Origin: Deinococcales bacterium
GTDB taxonomy: Bacteria; Deinococcota; Deinococci; Deinococcales; JAAFIG01
Direction: 5' to 3'
Assembly: GCA_031414595.1 (NCBI GenBank)
Contig: JANNVX010000006.1
Coordinates: forward strand, 1-31,832
Length of the DNA stretch: 31,832 bases
Shown here: positions 25,886-31,832 of the stretch, one piece after another
Position numbering within the stretch: the stretch's first letter is position 1
How the letters are laid out: the number at the start of each line of letters is the position of its first letter
Position numbers and translations under genes: made by a program
The notes under the pieces: model-generated
Databases searched by the model: none
Told to the model about the DNA's origin: nothing
Seen by the model: the letters and a program-made list of their open reading frames with translations, nothing else

Positions 25886-28369
25886 TTATGCACCCGGTTG
25901 GGGGGTAATGATTGCCACGGGTGGAATGGCTGGAGGGTCATCAGTGGCAAACTGGTTATTGCTGGGTGGCAAAACTGTTTCTTGTACCAGATGAAGCGGC
26001 TCAAGCATCGTGTCTAATACTTCTTTGACATCCTCAACCAGAGTAATCTCGAGTTCACGGCGAATTGTTTCTGGGACATCTTTGAGGTACGGCGCGTCGC
26101 CTTTAGGAATCAGGACTTTACGAATACCGGCTTGGTACGCACCAAGCAGTTTTTCTTTGACTCCACCAATAATTAAGACTTTGCCGCGCAAACTGATTTC
26201 GCCTGTCATGGCAATGTCGGCTCGAGCCGGGCGCTTGGTGATGGCACTAATTACACTGGTAGCAATTGCCACGCCAGCACTCGGTCCATCTTTGGGCATT
26301 CCGCCACTTGGGAAGTGGACATGAATATCGAGATTCTTATAAAAATCTGGGTCAGCACCGTATTCGGTGGCATGAGCGCGAAGGTAAGCGATTGCGGCTT
26401 GGACTGATTCTTTCATCACATCGCCCAGAGAACCGGTAAAACTAACCTTGCCTGTCCCCGGGGTAGCGAGGGTTTCGATCAGTAAAATCCCGCCACCGAC
26501 CGAAGAATAGTACAACCCAGTAGAAACACCAATTTGGCTTTTCTTTTCCTTGGATTCAATTTCAAACATCGGCACGCCTAGGTAGTCTTCGACTTCCTGA
26601 CCACCGACGTGCTTAATGCCTTCCCATGGTTTCTCGAGGGCTTCACGGGCAACTTTACGGGCTAGTTTTTGAATCATTCGATCCAAATTACGCACCCCTG
26701 CTTCTTTGGTATATTCCTGAGCGATGCGTTCAATGGCGCGGTCTGAAACCTCGAGTTTATTCTCTAAGCCGTGCGATTTGATTTGCCGTGGCAACCTAAA
26801 GCCCTTGGCAATTTCGATTTTTTCTTGCAAAGTGTAACCCGGAATCTCAATCACTTCCATACGGTCAAGTAATGGGCGTGGGATGTTGCCAAGGTTATTG
26901 GCAGTGGTGATGAACATGACTTGGCTTAGGTCGTACTGCACTTCTAAGTAATGGTCTTGGAAGGTATGGTTTTGCTCTGGGTCTAGCACCTCGAGCATTG
27001 CCGAACTCGGGTCGCCGCGCCAATCGCTGCTCATTTTATCAATTTCATCGAGTAAAATAATTGGATTGACCACACCAGCCGTTTTCATGCTTTGAATAAT
27101 CCGCCCCGGCAACGAACCAATATAGGTACGCCTGTGACCACGAATTTCGGCTTCGTCACGCACCCCACCAAGGCTCATACGGACAAACTGACGGTTTAAT
27201 GCCCGAGCAATACTCTTGCCTAAACTGGTCTTACCAACACCCGGAGGACCTGACAGACACAGAATCGGCGCACGCAATGCCATGTCTTCTTTATCCTTGG
27301 CATCACGGTCTTTGGCGGGTTGACTTTCTAAAGTTTCACGCATTCCTTGGGTCAGTTGACGCACCGCCAAGAACTCGAGGATACGCTCTTTAACTTCTTC
27401 TAAACCATGATGGTCAGAGTCAAGGATTTCGCGGGTACGGGCAATCTCGAGAATTTCATCATCGCGCTTAACCCAAGGCACATCTATTAACCAATCGAGG
27501 TAATTACGAACCACGCTGCTCTCTGGGCTACCACCGGGGGTGCGCTCGAGCCGTGCCAGTTCCTTCAAGGCTTTTTCCTTGACTTTTTCAGGCATTCCCG
27601 CATTATCTATTTTCTGACGTAAATCATCGGCTTCGGCAACCGCTTCTTCGCCGCCACCGAGTTCTTTGCCAATGGCTTTCATCTGTTCACGCAAGTAATA
27701 CTCGCGTTGATTCTGATCCATTTGTTCTTTGACTCGAGCCGCGATTTTCTTATCCATCTCAAAGCGCTCTAGGTCGCGGTTTAAGTAGCCAATCACTTTT
27801 TCTAAACGGCTGCGGATAGACAACAACTCGAGAATACCCTGTTTATCCACGACTTCCCAAGTGGCATGGTGGGTGATCGTATCGGCAATTGCTCCAGGGT
27901 CGGTCAGTTGCCGCAAATGTTCCAAATGAATGTTATCGAGGCGCAAATTCTTATTCTGCCCGACATATTTGTCAAACGATGATTTTGCCTCATCTATTAA
28001 AACCCGTAAAGTATTGGCATCGGCATCCACCACAGGATAAATCGTTTCCGCCACAACCCGCAAATATGGTAGTGGTAAAATTCCTGTAATTTTGACCCGT
28101 TCAATCGGTTCAACCAACACTTCTAAAGTCTGGTCTGGCATCCGCACGACTTGTTTAATCGCGGCTAAGGTACCAATGTCGTACAACTCGCCAACACTTG
28201 GGTCATCGGTGTTCTGGTCACGTTGGGTCAGCAATATCACACGGCGGTCGGAGGTTTGGGCTTCTTCGACGCTACGACGCGATTTAGCACGTCCGACAGC
28301 AACGTTATGGGCGTTGCCTGGCATATACACAAAACTTCTTAAAGCAAGTACAGGTAACTCCCAGCGCAT
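25886..28369 (-). CDS. lon: ATP-dependent protease La (Lon)
   Basis: QREYYLREQMKAI, GPPGVGKTS, RGHRRTYIG, LLDEIDK, catalytic PKDGPSAG and GGVKEK. Confidence 0.98.
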   Translation of the reverse strand: MRWELPVLALRSFVYMPGNAHNVAVGRAKSRRSVEEAQTSDRRVILLTQRDQNTDDPSVGELYDIGTLAAIKQVVRMPDQTLEVLVEPIERVKITGILPLPYLRVVAETIYPVVDADANTLRVLIDEAKSSFDKYVGQNKNLRLDNIHLEHLRQLTDPGAIADTITHHATWEVVDKQGILELLSIRSRLEKVIGYLNRDLERFEMDKKIAARVKEQMDQNQREYYLREQMKAIGKELGGGEEAVAEADDLRQKIDNAGMPEKVKEKALKELARLERTPGGSPESSVVRNYLDWLIDVPWVKRDDEILEIARTREILDSDHHGLEEVKERILEFLAVRQLTQGMRETLESQPAKDRDAKDKEDMALRAPILCLSGPPGVGKTSLGKSIARALNRQFVRMSLGGVRDEAEIRGHRRTYIGSLPGRIIQSMKTAGVVNPIILLDEIDKMSSDWRGDPSSAMLEVLDPEQNHTFQDHYLEVQYDLSQVMFITTANNLGNIPRPLLDRMEVIEIPGYTLQEKIEIAKGFRLPRQIKSHGLENKLEVSDRAIERIAQEYTKEAGVRNLDRMIQKLARKVAREALEKPWEGIKHVGGQEVEDYLGVPMFEIESKEKKSQIGVSTGLYYSSVGGGILLIETLATPGTGKVSFTGSLGDVMKESVQAAIAYLRAHATEYGADPDFYKNLDIHVHFPSGGMPKDGPSAGVAIATSVISAITKRPARADIAMTGEISLRGKVLIIGGVKEKLLGAYQAGIRKVLIPKGDAPYLKDVPETIRRELEITLVEDVKEVLDTMLEPLHLVQETVLPPSNNQFATDDPPAIPPVAIITPQPGA

Positions 28370-28613
28370 AAATTTCTCCTTTACAAGTTTACGCTTTTAA
28401 TGCGCCGCCACACTTCTCAGGCGGTGTCGAACGCCTCAACATACTTTACTTTCGGTGATGCTGAACCGAAAACCAGTATACCAGCACTACATAAGAAGAA
28501 TGCACCTAAACCCGACATTGCCCTGACAAAGCCAAAGGACTAATTTCATGCCGCAAAGCATACCCCTCGAGTCTAAAAACAATATGTATCCTGAGTGACG
28601 TTTAGATGCTCTT

Positions 28614-28634
28614 CTTGAGTGCAGTACACTCAAG
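28614..28634. promoter_or_regulatory. HAIR operator (HspR binding site) upstream of lon
   Basis: Perfect CTTGAGT-N7-ACTCAAG (CTTGAGT GCAGTAC ACTCAAG). Confidence 0.9.
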
Positions 28635-28950
28635 TTAGGCAAACCAAACTGTTATAGACACACCGATAAGCTATTTAGCCCATACATCCAATTCAAGGGG
28701 CGTTTTGCAAATAGGTTGGGGTGGATTCGCTGCAATGGTCTGACAGGGTATGGGCTTAGATTCCAAACATAATATGGCTCGAAAACGGCACTTAGACCCT
28801 ATGCGCTTGTACCATGCCACTTTATGCAGGGTTTTACGACAAACTCCAGTGCAAAAGTTATGTATTGGTTGTACATGAATTTTGAGTTGCGAGTTTTAAG
28901 CTAAGTTCTCAATTTCTACAAAAACATGACTCATCTGCTAAACTAAACCC

Positions 28951-30594
28951 ATGAAAACCACAACCAAAAAAAATGATTGGCTCATCAGTCATTACAAAAA
29001 AGCCATAGAAAAATTCCCAGAACGCCAATTTCTGTTCTCCACCATGAGCGGTATTAGCCCCGAACCAGTTTATACACTCGAGGATGCCCCACCCGAACTC
29101 GAGATGCCGGGACAGTACCCGTTTACCCGTGGGACACAAGCCAGCATGTACCGCGCCAAACTCTGGACGATGCGGATGTTCGCGGGCTTTGGCAGTGCCG
29201 AACAGACCAATCAGCGTTTTCATCAGTTGCTCCAAGCTGGGCAGACGGGCTTAAGTACGGCTTTTGATTTACCAACCCTGATGGGTTATGACGCTGACCA
29301 TCCGTTTAGTGTCGGTGAAGTCGGTAAGTGCGGTGTGGCGGTCTCGAGCCTAGCCGATATGGAAATTTTATTCCAAGGCATTGATTTAGAAAAAGTCACC
29401 ACCAGCATGACGATTAACTCGCCAGCCAGTGCAATTTGGGCAATGTACTTGGCAAATGCCCAAAAACAAGGTTTTAGGCTCGAGAACTTGGGTGGCACAA
29501 TCCAGAATGATATTCTAAAAGAATTTATTGCCCAAAAAGAATTTATTTTCCCGCCCGAAGCAAGTGTCAAATTGGTAATTGATACTTTTGAATGGTCGCC
29601 GATACACACCCCAAAATGGAATTTTATCAGTGTTTCGGGCTATCACATCCGTGAGGCTGGCAGCACTGGTGTGCAAGAACTGGCGTTTACTCTGGCAGAT
29701 GGTTTTCATTACGTCGAAGAGGCATTAAAACGCGGTTTGGACATTGATGAATTTGCGCCGAGAATTAGTTTTTTCTGGGATGTTCACAACGATTTTTTTG
29801 AAGAAATTGCCAAGTTCCGTGCCGCAAGACGAATCTGGGCAACCCAAATGCGTGAACGTTACGGCGCAAGAAACCCAAAGTCTTGGATGTTACGCACCCA
29901 CGCCCAAACGGCTGGTGTAAGCCTGACGGCGCAACAGCCACACAATAATATTGCTCGGGTAGCGATTCAGGCTCTGGCGGCGGTACTTGGCGGTACACAG
30001 AGTCTGCATACCGATTCTTTTGATGAAGCACTGGCATTACCCACCGAAGAAGCCGCCACCATTGCGCTGCGAACGCAACAGATTATTGCTTATGAGACTG
30101 GTGTAGCAAACGTTGTGGACCCGTTAGCTGGCAGTTATTTTGTCGAGCATTTAACAAGCGATATGGAAACTCAAGCGCTTGCCTACATCGAGCGTATCCG
30201 CAACCTTGGCGGTGTGGTCAAGGCACTAGAGGCTGGTTTTTTTGCCACCGAAATAGGCGATGCCAGTTATCAATTTCAGCGTGAGTTAGATTCTAAAAAA
30301 CGAATTATTGTCGGGGTCAATGAATTTACCGATAATCAACGCGCCAGTGTCCCGATTCAATTGGTAGATAAAAATGTAGAAATTATTCAAGCTAAACGCC
30401 TCGAGCAAGTGCGGCGTGAACGCGACCCGATTCGGCACAAAGCTGCTTTAGAGCAGTTACGAACAGCCGCCGTTCAAGGGCTTAACACCATGCCAGCTTT
30501 TCTCGAGTGCGCCCATGCTTACGCAACGCTCGGCGAGCAAATGGATGTGCTACGCGGCGTGTATGGGGTGTACCAAGAACCGGTGATGATTTAG
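28951..30594 (+). CDS. icmA: B12-dependent acyl-CoA mutase large subunit, probably isobutyryl-CoA mutase
   Basis: [56 protein letters not shown]; no B12-binding DxHxxG domain. Phe/Gln specificity residues instead of Tyr/Arg. Confidence 0.8.
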   Translation: MKTTTKKNDWLISHYKKAIEKFPERQFLFSTMSGISPEPVYTLEDAPPELEMPGQYPFTRGTQASMYRAKLWTMRMFAGFGSAEQTNQRFHQLLQAGQTGLSTAFDLPTLMGYDADHPFSVGEVGKCGVAVSSLADMEILFQGIDLEKVTTSMTINSPASAIWAMYLANAQKQGFRLENLGGTIQNDILKEFIAQKEFIFPPEASVKLVIDTFEWSPIHTPKWNFISVSGYHIREAGSTGVQELAFTLADGFHYVEEALKRGLDIDEFAPRISFFWDVHNDFFEEIAKFRAARRIWATQMRERYGARNPKSWMLRTHAQTAGVSLTAQQPHNNIARVAIQALAAVLGGTQSLHTDSFDEALALPTEEAATIALRTQQIIAYETGVANVVDPLAGSYFVEHLTSDMETQALAYIERIRNLGGVVKALEAGFFATEIGDASYQFQRELDSKKRIIVGVNEFTDNQRASVPIQLVDKNVEIIQAKRLEQVRRERDPIRHKAALEQLRTAAVQGLNTMPAFLECAHAYATLGEQMDVLRGVYGVYQEPVMI

Positions 30595-30614
30595 GCTCGA
30601 GCCAAACAGTCAAA

Positions 30615-30628
30615 GCTCAGGCTCGAGC
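30615..30628 (+). repeat. 14-bp direct repeat, left copy
   Basis: GCTCAGGCTCGAGC, identical to 31518-31531. Confidence 0.85.
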
Positions 30629-30657
30629 TTGACAAATTTTTAATGCAACGATAATGT
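30629..30657 (+). promoter_or_regulatory. Promoter giving a probable leaderless mRNA
   Basis: TTGACA (30629-30634), 17-nt spacer, TAATGT (30652-30657), ATG 6 nt later; no SD. Confidence 0.65.
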
Positions 30658-30663
30658 TCTATT

Positions 30664-31107
30664 ATGATTCCAGCATTTGACCAAAATGGCAACCTTCTTG
30701 CTGGAGAACACGACCTTGATTGGCAAGAATTTACACAACACTTTGCTTGGAATACAAAACGAGCTACGCTCATTGGTGGTCTACAAGCTGCCTTGATTGC
30801 CCTACATAATTGTGGTTGTCCGACTGCTTGGATAGATGGCAGTTTCGCTACAAATAAGCCAAATCCAAACGACATTGACGTAGCTTGGGATGATGACCAA
30901 ACAGACTTTCAATTGCTACAACAAATCGAACCCACACTCCTAGAATTTAGTCATCGCCGTGCTGCTCAAAAACGCAAATTTGGCTGTGAATGCTTTCCTG
31001 CCACATGGGAAGCTGACGCGAATGGCACAACTTTTCTCGAGTATTTCAAAAAAGACCGCAACGGCAACCCAAAAGGCATCATCCGAATTTCACTCAGTAC
31101 CATCTAA
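30664..31107 (+). CDS. DUF6932-like putative nucleotidyltransferase (toxin-antitoxin-like)
   Basis: MIPAF..NGNL..GEH; WIDGSFATNKPNPNDIDV (Pol-beta GS..DxD); PKGII end. Confidence 0.78.
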   Translation: MIPAFDQNGNLLAGEHDLDWQEFTQHFAWNTKRATLIGGLQAALIALHNCGCPTAWIDGSFATNKPNPNDIDVAWDDDQTDFQLLQQIEPTLLEFSHRRAAQKRKFGCECFPATWEADANGTTFLEYFKKDRNGNPKGIIRISLSTI

Positions 31108-31119
31108 AGAGGTGAACCC

Positions 31120-31509
31120 ATGATTCATAACGAAAAACAATTCAAAATTACCAAAGGCAACCTTGAGAAATTCCAAAATAGTTTACAACAACTCAGCGCT
31201 CAGAACGACTCGAGCTTAAAAAGCCAAACCCGAATAAAAGCCGTGCAAAGCGAAATCGAGGATTTAGAAGCACAATTGCTCGAGTACCAAAACTTACGGC
31301 ACTCAGGGAATATTAATGTACCCCTAGCAACCTTAGAAAACCTAGCCGAAGAACTGATAAAAGCCAGAATTGCCAAGGGATTAACCCAAGCAGCCCTCGC
31401 CAAGCAACTCGGTATGAAAAGCCAAATGATTCAAAGATACGAAACCACAAATTACGCAGGGGCAAGTCTAGCAAGGGTTCTCGAGGTAGCGCGGGTACTG
31501 CAAAAATAG
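31120..31509 (+). CDS. XRE-family HTH transcriptional regulator
   Basis: GAGGTGA RBS; MIHNEKQF N-terminal coiled coil; LIKARIAKGLTQAALAKQLG...IQRYE. The TAG stop reads at 31507-31509. Confidence 0.88.
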   Translation: MIHNEKQFKITKGNLEKFQNSLQQLSAQNDSSLKSQTRIKAVQSEIEDLEAQLLEYQNLRHSGNINVPLATLENLAEELIKARIAKGLTQAALAKQLGMKSQMIQRYETTNYAGASLARVLEVARVLQK

Positions 31510-31517
31510 AGCAAACC

Positions 31518-31531
31518 GCTCAGGCTCGAGC
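31518..31531 (+). repeat. 14-bp direct repeat, right copy
   Basis: GCTCAGGCTCGAGC, identical to 30615-30628. Confidence 0.85.
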
Positions 31532-31569
31532 AAACTCTTTCAGTGCAACTTAAAGACACAAGCAGTCAG

Positions 31570-31631
31570 CCCCTCACCCGACTCGCTTAGGCTCGTTACC
31601 CTCTCCCAAAATCGCTTCGCTGGGAGAGGGT
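31570..31631. repeat. CCCTCACCC / CCCTCTCCC...GGGAGAGGG palindromic repeat
   Basis: 11-bp stem ACCCTCTCCCA (31598-31608) / TGGGAGAGGGT (31621-31631), preceded by CCCCTCACCC. Confidence 0.7.
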
Positions 31632-31695
31632 TGGTGGTGGCTTTTGACTTTTGAACCCCTCCTTTGAGGCGCGAATAGCCCGCTAGGTGCTGTCT

Positions 31696-31832
31696 TATAC
31701 CAACTTTAGGTAGATAATAAGGAATGTCAAGATTAGGCACACCTCTAACCGCCCACCATACGACTGAAGAACTCGAGAAACACTACAAACAGTGCAAAGA
31801 TGCCAAAGAAAAAACTCGTCGCCAAGTGATAT
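31696..31832 (+). mobile_element. IS630-family element, 5' end (transposase N-terminus from 31724, truncated by window edge)
   Basis: AAGGA RBS then MSRLGTPLTAHHTTEELEKHYKQCKDAKEKTRRQVI, resembling IS630 winged-HTH starts; possible left end TA|TACCAA at 31696. Confidence 0.65.

Noticed and set aside
27280-27350. Charged insertion before the Lon Walker A as an intein or mobile insert
   Set aside because: Only about 20 aa, with no intein motifs or palindrome; looks like a variable loop.
28500-28610. c-di-GMP-I or cobalamin riboswitch in the lon-icmA spacer
   Set aside because: Only scattered words (GCAAAGC, GTCTAA) match; the required stems and B12 box were not found.
28858-28879. RDRM (DdrO) radiation-response motif
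   Set aside because: TTATGT...ACATGA arms are 9 nt apart instead of 5; could be another operator but unsupported.
29485-30399. CTCGAG-free stretch in icmA as a sign of foreign origin
   Set aside because: Lies in a highly conserved enzyme core; with about 188 sites, one or two gaps near 900 bp are expected by chance.

Overview
A 31.8-kb bacterial chromosomal segment, most likely from a Deinococcota (Deinococcales-like) organism. This is inferred from an SLH/coiled-coil/beta-barrel envelope protein, a HspR HAIR operator upstream of lon, and many apparently leaderless genes with a TANNNT box 5-8 nt before the ATG. Both edges run into IS630-family transposases. Housekeeping content: aldo/keto reductase, accD-accA, U32/RlhA-like protein, ExeM/NucH lipoprotein nuclease, C26 amidotransferase-like hydrolase, tRNA-Leu(GAG), lon, and a B12-dependent mutase large subunit carrying isobutyryl-CoA mutase signature residues. 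Accessory content: a dead hsdM start next to a degenerate PIN gene, an ABC-ATPase plus TOPRIM-like (DUF4276) pair, and a nucleotidyltransferase-like plus HTH pair. Two signals stand out. (1) CTCGAG is extremely over-represented: about 188 copies by manual count versus about 8 expected, in all reading frames, in intergenic DNA and inside direct repeats flanking an accessory cassette, resembling cyanobacterial HIP1. (2) A functionally uncharacterised five-gene STM4015-STM4011-type operon (LRR, ATP-grasp, alkaline-phosphatase-fold hydrolase, two radical SAM enzymes) is faced by an LRR-DUF6745 gene and a small His-motif gene. All family assignments come from motif recognition by eye, not database searches.
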